A stretch of 58,961 bases of DNA, counting the filler, from Dimargaris cristalligena (Eukaryota): assembly GCA_003614675.1 (NCBI GenBank). It is 6 parts of 6 records of this genome, joined end to end, with 100 filler letters (N's around TTAATTAATTAA, not from the genome) between each part and the next. Parts side by side here need not be neighbours in the genome. Positions count along the whole stretch, not along the records: positions 29,564 to 39,304 come from ML003238.1; positions 39,405 to 49,133 come from ML003239.1; 4 more parts are not named here. One strand, given 5' to 3'. Position numbers and translations under genes: made by a program. Below are positions 36,100-49,233 of the stretch, one piece after another. The notes under the pieces were generated by a model that searched no databases, was not told where the DNA came from, and saw only the letters and a list, made by a program, of their open reading frames with translations. Position 1 is the first letter of the stretch. Each line of letters opens with the position of its first letter.

Positions 36100-39000
36100 T
36101 CAATTTTAGTATTCTATTTATATATATACATGTGACACTGACAATGCAGTGGATTGCCTATGGATATGGGTGAAATTCAGCCCAGCTGTATAGGCTTTTG
36201 AATGATATGTGTACGGGAAAATAGGCGGGATAGGCGTGTTTAACCAGTAGTATTCGCCTCATCCAAAGGACTTTTATTTATACAGCCTGGTTGAACCTTT
36301 CCCATATGCCATAAAACAATCGAATTCCTTTTAGCCGCCCATGGACCAAATGTGTCACCCTTAGTTTGTCATGTATGACTTGGGAATGGGAGATCCGGTT
36401 GATTCAATACAGCCGTTACATTAAAATATACGTTGGCCTGTAAATAAAAATATTGATAATGGCGGATTAATGGTGGAATGTTTGGCCTGCCATCTTATCT
36501 ATGAAGCTAGTGGTAGGCTTTCCAGACCAACTGCTTGACGGTTCTAGGGGTGCTGCATGTGTCATTTATAGACATAATTTATAACCTCGGAGGGGCATAA
36601 TGGCTACGAATCATTGGGGAATTAGTTATTGCCGGACTCTAGTATTTGGGGAGAGGGTGCTGGAATCAATGAGTTTCAGAGCCCAAAATACAGGCTTAAT
36701 ATTTCCCCTAGTGGGTTCAACGTAGGTCGAAGGGAGGTGTAATAAACCTTTTTGATTTTTAGGCAAACCCATTTTGAATGTTTCGACCGATTTTAAAGTA
36801 TGCCGCCGGGGCAATTCGTGTCAAAACATTTGGCGAATTGGAATAATCCAGGTAAAGCGTTCAATTGGTCTACCAAAACAACGTACAGTCGAAACGAAAA
36901 GCATACCACATCAGGTAGTATTGAATGGCTCTTAATGTTTGGTTTATTTCCATCCATCCCATCTCATCTCATCCCACCTCACCACACATCAATTCAAATA
37001 CGACCATGCTAGATTTTCTACGTAGTAGTCATACTAATATGACCTGGGTGCTCAGGTATAGTAGTAGAACCTTTGGCCGTAGTTATTCACTTGTTCGACA
37101 ATGGTGTCCTGGGTATTCCGCAGCTGGGAGGGACGCCACCACCCACTATCCCGAGTTCCCCGCCGCGAGTGTCTAATATCTTTTAATCGCTATTCCGCTT
37201 TGGTTCATCCGTGCCCAAAATATTAGGTGTCTATCCATGTCGTATTGTATGCTCACCCCCCTTTAGTACCCAGTACCTGGATACCTTCTTATATATATGG
37301 ATACGCCACTCCCTGCCTCGCTGATAATAAACGTCAGTTAGCAGACATCCCTATTCTAGTAGGCTTCTATTCGATGGAATTGGGCGGTTAACCTTAGCGA
37401 CGACGGTCCGCCAGGCTCGAACCGAAGGGCAGTATCGTAATATACACTGCACTGATCTATGGCACTACAGCTATTGGGGAGTCAATTAAACCCCAGGCCC
37501 CCGTTTGCGTTCACCGTAGGGATAAAATGGCAATACGCATACCCCCGACTAACGCATTCACATGGCCATCAATTCAATGGCGAAAAATGGAACATATATT
37601 TAAATAATTATTAGACCGGGTTACACAAATGGAGGATACCATATAAATAGTATCTAGGTATTGGGGCCGAAACGGAGCTCTGTATATGCAAAAAGAAATA
37701 ACATACCATGCCTTGTTTTCCTGCCACTATCAACCAAAGGTACAATAACAAACGTGGTAAGTCACTAAAACTGGCGGCTGCTATAAGATAAAGTGCCGCC
37801 GGTGACGGTAGATTGGTTGTTGCCCTCACCTCGGCAAACCAGGTGTAAGTCGGTTGAGGGGATATGGACAGATAGCCAGGTGTCCCTTCCACTCAAACAG
37901 TGCTACTCGGGGGTGGTGGGTTCTTATTGGGAGTGGCCTGGACCTTGGGCTTGTTCGAGAGCAGTTGCTCAAGTTCGACGCCCGTAGGCAATGTGGGTCT
38001 TAGTAACTGTATTCGCCTTATCATAAGGAAAAATTGTTAGAAGTTTGGGCCGGTTTTCAGTCCAAGGTTCATTAGAGTGGATTATAGATTCGACGAGCTA
38101 GATGGACATGGTAACTTGGACCAAATAAAGTGATATCCATTATCTTGGCAACATCGAGCAAACCAAAAAGGGTGGCAAGGGCGGAAGACGGACAAATGTG
38201 AGAATAGTCAGCACTAGCTGAGGATAATTGGTATAACTATTCGAGAAATATAGCAAGGTCGAAGGTTCGGAATATGATATCTTCATATTCGCCCCTCCCT
38301 CAAAATTTGCATGAAAAACTACGAGCGGAAAGAAAGAGGTGTGGATGCAGTCAAATGGCAAAGGCAGATACAATAAATGGTAGGCCCGCCTATTCATCCG
38401 ATCTCCCAATCGGCTGGGATGAGTCCCGCTTGAAATACCTTCGTTGTCAGCTCTCTATTGCCCCATTCATTGAGGGTATTGGACGGAGGGAGGGAGGGAG
38501 GTGCCTCAGGCATAGTGGGGCACCATCACAATTAGATATAATATATTTAGTGGGGATAGAAGGGAAAGGGTGAATCAAATAGCCAACGCAGTCTCGATAT
38601 CAAGTGAACATGATGCACAATGGGCGGCAACAAAGCAATCTAGCCTTGGAAATCATCAAGATGGACCAGAGTCTGATTGTCAAATTGAATTGATACAACC
38701 AACACCGTCGGCCACTATTAGGATCATATATATTAGCTAACCTTTCTCTTCTCCCACTTTTATTGCATCCAGCGTACCACTTCAATTTCGCTCTGGTATG
38801 TGTAGGCGGATATCGGCACTTCGAGTATCATCACCTGCCTCTATTCAGGCCTCTGTCGATGTAATCCGAACTCCCTTGCCCTCGAACCAATGCAGGGCTA
38901 ATCATTAGTTTTTTCTGTAGTACGGTGAGGATGTGCTAACCGGAGAAGAATATAGTAGCTACTAGGTATATGTGGGTGGGATTAATGGAAGGCAGCTGAT

Positions 39001-39304
39001 AACCCCGACTCTGCCTATACAATGGCTGAAATGATGATCCGTGATTTTTTATGAACTTTGGGCTTTATAATCTTTTTATTAAAAAAGGCCCGCTATCCGC
39101 TCTTCTGTTACATTGGAAGTCGGGTTGAAGAAGGATGGGGGTATGTAAATGCAGATGGGACAGCAGTAGGATGGGTTTGAAGGAGCAGCATACTACTGTT
39201 GTTTAAAGCTTGTTCTAAAGGTATTAGTCAGAGTAAACAGGGTCAATTAATCTGAGGATAGATGCGGCATATGGACCGCTACAGTCCGAAAACAGGGTTT
39301 GGCC

Positions 39305-39404
39305 NNNNNNNNNNNNNNNNNNNNNNNNNNNNNNNNNNNNNNNNNNNNTTAATTAATTAANNNNNNNNNNNNNNNNNNNNNNNNNNNNNNNNNNNNNNNN
39401 NNNN
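39305..39404. other. Artificial contig-joining linker
   Basis: N44-TTAATTAATTAA-N44. Confidence 0.99.
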
Positions 39405-39529
39405 ATTACGAAGTGATGGTAGATTGTGAACAGGTGGTAAATGATGAATTGATGGTAAACGGCGAGCTTGTGGTTGTGATGATGAACCGGCAGTATGATG
39501 AGCTGGTGATTTCATCACACAATATGCAA

Positions 39530-39603
39530 GGTCGCATGGCCAAATTGGATAAGGCACCTGACTACGGATCAGGAGATTGCAGGTTCGAGTCCTGCTGCGA
39601 TCG
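39530..39603 (+). tRNA. tRNA-Arg (anticodon ACG), intronless
   Basis: Acceptor stem GGTCGCA/TGCGATC; D-arm with A-box TGGCCAAATTGG; anticodon arm CCTGA-CTACGGA-TCAGG; T-arm GCAGG-TTCGAGT-CCTGC; T-run just downstream. Confidence 0.97.
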
Positions 39604-42464
39604 CATGTCGTTTTGCCTATTGCTAGGTGGGGGAAGTATTGGGCTTTTCTCGGAGCCTCAGTCTAAATGTAACCCAGCTGAAGAACGCCGTATAGTGGCT
39701 AAACACCTTTTTGATCAATAATGGCTAGTCGGATACACGTCATCCGGTAGTGGGATATTCCACAGATCTGATCGTTGGCTCAATCAAAAGCAGGAGGGGA
39801 CGACAGGCACGGAAGCTATCGCAGGTAGGTTTTTTTTTGGGGGGGGTGTAGTAGGGTTTATTGCCTACATACTTTAGCTAGGGGTATTAAAATGATCGAT
39901 GCATGGGGAGAGGGAGGAGAAGCCCACCTTCTTGGCTATCGAATACACTTTGCAAAATTGTCTCCCACGGCGGAACCTCGACGGGCTTTGCTGCTTAAAA
40001 GGGGGAGGGAGACTAGGGCCATTTAGGCGGCCCGCCCCGGGGTATTTTTTCAAATTAATGTGATATTTTTCTTGTATGTTCCTCCATACCGCTTATGCTA
40101 CAATGGAGATGGGTTTTTTATGAGACGGACCTCGATCGAACTGTGTATGTAGCGAATGTGTCAGTTAGAAGAAGGAAAGGGTGGCTAGAGAGAGGAAAGG
40201 ATCGGCCCCATATCGCCCTTACGCCCGGGAACTGGGGGGGTGGTGGCCCTCCTATACATTCTATGGCATTAGTGAGAGAGTAGAGTGATCCGCCCACATT
40301 TTTTAGAAAATGGAGTGTGATTGGGGATGGGGGAAATTCAAGGTCGCATAATTAGCGATTTCTCCCCATATTCCTTCTCCCCCTATCAGTCACCTGATGG
40401 GTCAGGGTAACTGGGGTGGTGGTGGGCCAATAGAAGCCGGGCCAGGCTGACCCGGCGGGATGAATTTTTTCTGGATATACACACGGATAGGGGGAAAAGT
40501 ACGAGGAAGAGAAGTCATGATGGGGGTGGGAAGCGAAAAGCGTAAAATATAATAATCCCGCGGGGCCAAAGAACTCCCTCGCCTTTTCCGAGGTTTCCGG
40601 CCCCGCCTTTAGGAGGGAGAGGTGAGCATCATTCCTTCTATTTAACAGAAGAGACCATGCACACAGATACTATTGCCCCAGGAGGATTGATGATATAATA
40701 GTTGCAATTAACGCGACCTTCCCCCATAACCGCTAAATTTACTCGCGAATCCCCTTAAATAACCATACTATCACACCCGTTTCGCCCCGATTCTGGAGAA
40801 GGGAGGAGATACTATTCTTATAAATCATTGACCGGGACGAGAGAGGGGGCGTGGTAGCCTCACCTATATATGCGTTTATACCTCTGCCCATGATGGCCAC
40901 TATATGCGAGCAGCCCTCTGTATATATATACCTGGCATAGCACCCCGCGCAATACCTTACTTTACTCTACTCTACTCTATTCTATTATATATTTTTCCGC
41001 ACTTCGCGGTTGGCTTGACTTAACTATCCTCCCCCTCTTTCATTCCTTGACCTATTGTATTTTTTGGTGACCTGTTATACTCGTGGACAGGGTCCTCCCA
41101 CACCACATAATACACTCTTACTTGTCCCCCCTCCCCTTACAAAATCTTTCCCCTTCTGTCACTCCATTGCCTCCCTCATCTCTTCATTCCTCTGTCCCTT
41201 GCGAGACCCTTCTACATTCTACTATCCCGGCCCGGTGCTTTCTAAGCCTTCACCCTTTTAGTCCAGTGACAGTGCCCGTCTACTACTACTACTATTAACC
41301 ACCCCTTTTTGTCGCCTACTCTCTTATATATATCTATATCTATATTTATACATATGTATATGTATAGGCTTGCTTGTCGACTATTATTTTTCAAAAAAGC
41401 AACTGAATAGTACACAAAGTGCCTTTTTACCCAACTTCTCCTATCGTCCACTTTTTTGATAACCACGAGCAAGTGTGGTTGGCCCCAACTCGCTATCTCC
41501 CGTGGCCTTTCCTTTTGTTTGGTTCGCCCTTTACCACACCAACCCCCGCATAGTATAGCGCTACAACGCCGACGACATTCCCTCTTTCCTCCACAGTAAG
41601 TCAAGTAGGCCTGGTACCAGCTTCCTCCTTCTCCCCCTTTCTCTTCACCTTTCCCTTTATTTCGTTCCCAGCCCGCTTCTTCCTGGCCTGGCCTTCTCAT
41701 ATATACGCGTGTCCCCTTCAGCAACCTCCCTTTTTACTATCCTGCTTCTATCCTTTGAGTGCCCCCCCTGGCTATATAAAACCCACCGCCTTGTCCACCT
41801 ATATTGGTGGCCACTCCCTGTGATTTCCCCCGGCTGTGCTTCTCATCATCCCCTCACTCCTTTCCCTCTCTCTTAGCCTTTTCCTCGGACGCGTGTCCAG
41901 GGCTCTATTTAGCGTTCTCCCTTTTCCCATTTCCCTTGTAACGTTCCACATTATTTAACCCACGCCCTTTCAGTGACCCCTTTTCCTCCCTAGTCCCGGC
42001 GTTTCCCGCTTGCTCTAGCGTCCCTTTTCCTTCCTATTATACCGTCTTCCCCTGGACCACCACAATTCAGACAGCCCTTTAACCCTCTCCTGCTTACCTT
42101 TGCTGTCCATCCGAATCCGCCGAACGGCTACTATTTTAGGCGCGTGCTTTACACGGTCATCCACCCTTAGCAGCGTGTCTTTCGTTATTCTGTAATATTT
42201 TTTTTGAACCCATCTGTCCTTGCCGTGCTACCCCAATAGCCGTCCTGTCCAACTTTGCCTCTGTATTTTATTTAAAGTGACCCAGCCCAGTAGTATCCTG
42301 TCTTTCCGAGTATTCGGCCTGACTTTAGCCGTCTCAAGTAAATTTTCTTTTGCTTTAGCCTTCAGCCAAGCCCAAGCCCCCCTAACGCGCATTTTCCTAG
42401 TCTTTTCCGGAGGGTGGAGTAAAGGCCCAGCATTCACTCCTTGGACTTGTCACTCCCCCCACCT

Positions 42465-45396
42465 ATGACGGCAACGACGCAATTCATGGCCAATAACGGG
42501 ATCAACAACCAATTTCCAGCGCAAATTATGCGCCCGAACCAGCAGCATCAGTATGCGAACGCCCACAGCATACAGCCCACCATGATGTCCAACCTCCCCC
42601 AGTCTAGTATGATGCAGCCGATCTTAAACGCGCAAATGTTCAATCCCATGGCTGCCAATATGGCAATGGGCCACTATGGCATGCCCATGACTGCCGGTGC
42701 CGCTAACCAGCCCAATCAACAGCCCATGCTCATTAATAACCAGATGTTAAGCCTGTTCCAAGCTCAACAGCAGCAGGCCATGGGTAGCCCGGCCCAAGGT
42801 CACCACCCCGTCTCCTATCAACAAATCCACCAGCTAGCCCAACCGCGTCCGATACCCCAGCCCCAAGGAATTAATCCCTCCCTGGCCCAACAGTCGATGG
42901 CCGCTCTTCATTCGATGCCCAATAACCCCAATAACCCCAACAACCTTGCCCATCTAGCCCAGCAGCAACAGTATCTTATGATGTATCAGGCCCAGATGCA
43001 CGCCCAGAGCCAGCAGGCTCACAGTCAAGCGGCCTCTGGAGCTGGTATGACTGTGCCCCTTTCGGCTCTACCCCCGAATTATATGCTCAATAACCCGGGA
43101 GTGGCTCCATCCCCATCGACCCCGAACCCCAATACCGGAATCGTCCGGCCTCCGCCTACTCATAATACGGGGCCCATTAACATATCCAAGGCCGGCAGCG
43201 TGCCCGCCCAGGCCACACCGACTAATGCTCGGCATACCCCCGCCCTTCCCAGCACCGCCCCTACGCCCGGTCCCCCGCCGCCATCCCACCCCCCACAACT
43301 CCAGCAGCAGCAGCACCATCTTCAACCGCCACAGCCACCACCCCAGGCGCAGTCCCAGCCGCATACCATCGTTGCCCCTACCCCTATTGTTGCCCCACCT
43401 GCTCCGGCCGCCCAGACTCATACCGCCCCCATGCCCAGTTCCGCCCCGACCCCGTTACTATCTCAAGGGGGGACCATGAGTGCTACCACTGCCACCCCGG
43501 GTGGTCACGGTTTGGGCCTTCCCGTTGGAGAACGGCCGGAATTGTCCATACCATCGCCCGCCACCGCTGCCGGTGGCCCACCTACTGAGCCCTGCTTTCT
43601 CAAGTTTAACCAATTTTTGTCGCGGTGTAACCGCCTGACCGATGCCGACCCACGGGAGGCCTGGCTCCAGTTGATCAATCAATTTTTCGCCCCCGACGCC
43701 ATTATCCACTTTCAACTCACCTGCGAGGAGAACGAGAACGTCAAGACCCGGTCCTTCGAACTCAACCCCCATACTCTTGCCCATTATTTCTATTTCAACC
43801 GCAAGAGTGGAATTATTAAGCAATGTTATTCGATGGAGAACCCCACCGAGCACATGCTAGGTCCTCTGGGCCGACTTCTCGAGTGCGATACAACCACCGT
43901 ACTGGACGTCCACAAGAACGGAACCAAGGTACACCACGAGGCCGGGTTGTCCATCTATTTCAACACCCAAAACCTGATTGACCTCTGGGAATTTCGGACC
44001 CATACTCACATTGAGCTACTGCCCCGGGTATTTGTGGACACCCTCCGGAATAGTAGTCACCACAACACCATGGGGTCCAAAAAATTGGGGTCGGGGAAGG
44101 GGGGGGATAACCACCCCAAGCTGAACAGTAGCATGACCCTCATCCCCGAATCACCCGTGACGGGTTACGGCGTGCCCGAACAGACCATCCGGACCCTGGA
44201 GATTTCCGAGACCTTAAATCACATGAAGGATATCATGGCCTACGTTAATATGACCAATGCCCCGCCACTCCAGGCCTTCCAGATGGCAGCCAACAACCCC
44301 ACCCAGTTTCTCGAGCATATGCGGTCCATGTCAGACTCCGCAGCGGCCCACGCCAGTGCCGCCTCAGGGCCCGGGGGGGGCGTCCCAATGGGTCTGAATA
44401 TTGGGGTGAATGGACACCATCCCCTGATCGGCCTTGGGGCGAACGGGTCCGTTGGTGGCCTAGGAGGCAGCGGTGTCGGGAACCAGGGCGGCGACGGACG
44501 CCCCCCATCGACGCCCGTTGATTCCTCCATGGGTGATTTGCCATCCCCCGCCCTCTTAGCAACACCCGGATTTAACGTCCCCGGACACTTGAGCGAACCT
44601 ACCCATGCCAAGAAAGGCTCCCCCAAGACGACCAAGAAGCGACATGTCTCCCAGACCAAGTCCTCCAGCCACGCTGCCGGATCAACCTCTAAACCGTCGG
44701 TGGGGGATGCCACCCTCCCACTCGTGTCCCCCACCCTATCCAACTCGTCGTCCCTCATGTCCCCGGTCTCCATTGGTCCCGGTAATTCCAACACCTCGCC
44801 GAACCTCTTGTCGGGGACTGCCACGACCACCACCACCATGCTTAGCGGTGTGGGGGGATTGGGCGGAGTTACAGTCTCCTCTGTTGGCGCCGGCGCCAAC
44901 AACCACCCCCTGACCTCCATGCCCCCCCCCTGACATGAACGGTAAATTTGTTATGGCCAACGGCGGTGTGGGCATGGTCAATGGCGTCGGAGGGATCAAC
45001 GGCGGCGGGGTAGGTGGCAGTCCCGCGTATACCCTCATGTCCCCTACGCTTGGCCAGGTGAATATGGTGGGACTAGGTGGGGGTGCTGGAGGGGGAGGCC
45101 CCGGTGGTAACATCGGTGGAGTAGTTTCCTCCCCGTCCCCCAATCTGGGTAAGAAAAAGGCCGGTAGTTCGGCGGGTGGGTCTGGGCCCGACGGAGGTGC
45201 TGGTAAAGCCAAACGGTCACGGACGACCAATCCCTCCCCGCGGGGTCGGAAGCCAAAGGGGTCGTCGTCCAAATCATCAGTTCCTTCCACCCCAGTAGGG
45301 GTTCACCATCCCCCGCCCGGTGCGCTGGGCGGGGGAGGAGGCCCCCCTACCCCAGGGACTATGGTCATGCCCGGTAGCGGACCTGATCGCCTATAA
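42465..45396 (+). CDS. LIM-domain-binding (LDB1/SEUSS/Mfg1/PtaB/Adn1 family) transcriptional co-regulator, with apparent frameshift at C9 44922-44930
   Basis: Q/M/P-rich N-terminus; central LIM_bind-like domain (W.QLINQFFAPDAII..KTRSFEL..LAHYF..IDLWEFRTHTHIELLPR..PESPVTGYGVPEQTIRTLEISETLNHMKDIM); G/S-rich tail. ORF1 stops at 44933 and ORF2 (44935-45396) continues with the same composition. Confidence 0.8.
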
Positions 45397-47966
45397 ACCA
45401 ACCCGTCCCACCTTCGTTGGTTTCTTCATCTACGTATTAAAAAGAAAACCTATTCTCTTTTCCCTCGCCATTGTCTGTTATTTGTATGTAGGGGGATCAT
45501 TAATTCAGCCTATCTTTCTCCTTACCTAATTACTATTTGGTCCTAAATGTACCACCCTCCCTTCCGGCCCATCTTATTCAGCCGACCACGCTCCTCCTTT
45601 GTTATATTTTTTAATGTTTGTTCTCGGAGGGAAGCTTGTAAAGGTAGGGGAGGAGAGGGGGTGTTAGTGTCATTTGGTCTACAGGGTGTGCTTAGACGGC
45701 ATATCCCCCTATGTAAACGTTCATACCTAATGCGAGATTTCGGCCTATCATTTGTCGAAACTTCTATATCTCCCAATACCCCACAATATTCGGGGACAAT
45801 CAAGAGTCCAAGTAACGGTTGATGCCCCTCCCCCTTATTCCTTCCCTTTTTCACTGATTTTCATTATGGCCCCAACCATATACATTCCATTATCTACTCG
45901 CCCATCCACACACGCACATTTATACATACCCATTTCTTACATCTGGACTAATAATTGTAGAGTTGCTTATTTATCGCCTTCATTCTTTAATCTCTGTCTT
46001 CATAGTGCCCCTCCTCCTATTTCTACTACTCCATTGTTTTTTGACATTTTGTTGAACCTTGATGACTTCCTTTTTTTCTATCACTTATCTTCTATTTCCG
46101 GCAGATGCTCTCTCACTTTCTCTCTCGGAATTCCCCCCATTATTATAGTTTGATTATATCAATTTATCCTAGTTAAAATTAGATGCCTGCGACTTTTGAT
46201 TATTTTCGCCTTGCTTCCTGCTCTACCGCATATATTTTTATTATTGACCAGTGCTACTACAATTGCGAATTGGTTTCAACCCCTTATACCTTACTACGAA
46301 TTTACCATACTTTTATTTTTACTATTATTGGTAGGGTGGATGACCTACTCTTTTCCGTCGCGCCAAACCAACCAGGAACTCCATCCCCTTTCTTCCCTCC
46401 ACATCGTTCTAATCCCCCCTCCCCATTAGGCTCTTTCGTTTACTATCTTATCTACGATTTTCCCAGTGTTTCAGTATTCCGTTTTGTCCAATATAAATAT
46501 GTATATGTATAAGTTGGGTTTAATCCTAAAAGTGATACTAATAATGTTGACGTAAAGATCATCAGCATACACTATTGACCCAACTCACCCACCCCCGTGA
46601 TTTTCGAATATGTAACGGACGATCATAATAAACCGAAAGCTTGACGGCCGAATTAGTATAGTTTGATCGATGAAGCTTTAAATCGGGAAGGGAGTTCCAG
46701 GGTGTCGGATACTCCGAAACTGTGTATAAATATGGGTAAAATTCAAGTCGAATGTAAATGCATTCAAAAAAATCCCTGACGAAGGACAACACCCCCCTTT
46801 TTCCTACCGTTACTCCTAATCCACTATTAGTATCGCTGAAACTGTTGTAAAGCCCTGACGAGCATGTCGTTTGATTGTTTTTATCACGCCATTTAAGTTA
46901 AGGCTCGACCGAGAGATAGTTTAGTTGAGTCACACTTCTCGACTCTTCAATCCCAACGTAGGATTCTCATTAAGCGAGCGATTCGACTTGGCCAAGACTT
47001 GCGATGCTATATGATAATCTAGGGGAAAATATGCGTACAATTGGTGGATGGCTAGCTTTGTAATACGTCTTATCAGCCGGATTTTCCGCTATATAGCCAA
47101 GCCGAGCCTCTTCCATTCCATCGCAACGCATCAATATTTCTCTTTGCGGCGCTTTTTTCTATGCCTAATCTATACTCGCAAGATTCAATTGTGATTAATC
47201 GGAAATCTCTTCGGTGGCTTTACATCAAAAATAATCACCAATAATTCGATGAGGACTCAAACCTACCGCCGAAAAAACAACAACGCAAACCTTTATATCT
47301 ATTCAATGCCCGTATACTAAGATCCTAAATCCAAGCGACCCCTAGGGAAGCAGTTGGTTTATACACGACCACAATGTGCTCACAGTCTAATCCTGACTCG
47401 GCCTGTTAGGGGTTTGCCCGGCCTAGACAGTCGATGCCAATGCGTACTATACAGTTCGTCAACCCAATTGGGGAATTAACTAAAAACGCGTTTCTTTTTT
47501 TTCGCCGAGTATCTGGGCGCAAATTATCCCTAAACAGGGCTGAGCTATACTAATGCTGTAGACAATGGGTCAGACCAACTACTGCCTTCGCCGTTTAAAA
47601 TAGAAACTGACTTGCAATAGACTTGATAGCTCTCACCAGTCGAAGGAATGGGCAAGAAATGCCGCTTCTTTGCATATTCTTGGCCCTAACCCCTACAGCT
47701 GTAAACCATACGTAGTTAGCATAGTCTGTAAGGGATAGCCTGGAATACCTGTTATATGTTAACCCGAGTTTTTATAGGTAGAAGACGGCAGCGGGAAGGG
47801 GGGGCATTGCAAAAAAAATGGGAGCTTTTATAAAAAAGAAGCAAGGGTGAGTCACCACATCATCCATAGAGTCCAACTAAGGGGTAAAGAAATATGGCAA
47901 GTAGGCACCACAAAAGTAAAACCCTTCAGAAACTGCCCAGGGCGACCAAGAATGGAACAATCACTC

Positions 47967-48943
47967 CTAGGGCGGATCTAGTGGATGCGGCAGTTTTGCT
48001 CGCTTTTTCACCACGTACAGCTGTTCATTAAGAACGCTGGAAGGTAGCCACAGGAACTCATCCACCTCGAGTCCGTGGGGTTGGAGTAGTGCCTCGGTAG
48101 CCGAACGGTAAACTCGGATGACCAAATTGGGATTGTCATTGGCATCGCAGTACGGGCATACACATCCGCCGGCTGTCCCCTGGCCAAGAAGCGCGAATTC
48201 AAATTCCGAAACTGCACTATAAGTCTCACATTTTTGCTTCGCCTTCTCGAATCCCAGTGCGCTGGCATAACCACATTTATATATATAAATCGACCGGCCA
48301 TCATATCATCTAGGCCGGGGTAAGATTCATCGAATTCCCAACGTAACGATGTCAAGTATGGTTCAAAGCGATCGGAACTTTGTCCAAAGTGACTGTATAA
48401 ATCATTCGCTAGATCATTCAACGTAGTCAGTTGACCGGTGGTGGCCAGGACCGCGCTCATACTGATTATCATTTGGTCCGCGATCTCGTGTATGGCGTTT
48501 CTCTCCCATGCCGTTTGAAATCCATCTCCGAAGCTTTCGAGTACTTCTTTGTGTCCATACTGCTTCTCAATGGAATTGATTGGTATATCGGCCAGGGTCG
48601 GGGCACTCACCGCTTGGTATACGTTTTGAATGTCCCGCACGGTCCATGTCGATAAAGAATATAGCACCGGGAATGTGACACGTCTTTGGTCATCATTTAG
48701 CCCAGTATAGTCCAAATATGCCTATTCCGCCTTGATTTTAGTCAGGCTCGAATTGTTGGGCCTGGAAACCGGCAATACCCAATCGTTAAAGCTCCGAGCA
48801 GGATATCCATCTACTTCTGGATTAAAGAGACCACTGCCTTTCCAAGCCGCGGTCATGAGTGCATCCATTGGTTGCATAAGAAAGAGGGACTGCAGACTTT
48901 CCAAGGTCATCAATCTACTCGATATTATAGTTTTGATTTTCAT
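47967..48943 (-). pseudogene. Disrupted orphan gene (in-frame TAG and probable frameshift), 5' end near contig edge
   Basis: ORFs 48722-48943 and 48008-48715 share a frame and are separated by one TAG. Removing one TA from the (TA)n at ~48280 gives an alternative open tail (YKCGYASALGFEKAKQKC...LDPP*) ending at 47967. Confidence 0.5.
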
Positions 48944-49133
48944 CTTAAACTTTCCATGTCGCCCCCCCTAATCCGTCCTAATCCAACCGATATGACCACC
49001 ATCATATCAGGCCGTATAGCGCCATATTGTACCCCCCCGGCCCTAATAAGGCCGAGCATCATTGATATCCCCTTACCGGCCGGGCCTCCCAGAGTTCGCA
49101 CTAATCACTCATAGGTGATCTTAGTGCCTTCCA

Positions 49134-49233
49134 NNNNNNNNNNNNNNNNNNNNNNNNNNNNNNNNNNNNNNNNNNNNTTAATTAATTAANNNNNNNNNNN
49201 NNNNNNNNNNNNNNNNNNNNNNNNNNNNNNNNN
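49134..49233. other. Artificial contig-joining linker
   Basis: N44-TTAATTAATTAA-N44. Confidence 0.99.

Noticed and set aside
36100-39304. Numerous 60-100 aa ORFs (also 45400-47900 and 53500-56800)
   Set aside because: No recognisable domains or coherent exon chains; treated as intergenic. No U1/U2/U5/U6 snRNA or rRNA signature seen by eye.
39413-39721. 102-aa ORF spanning the tRNA
   Set aside because: Non-ATG start, low-complexity GAT/GGT-rich sequence, overlaps a clear tRNA-Arg.
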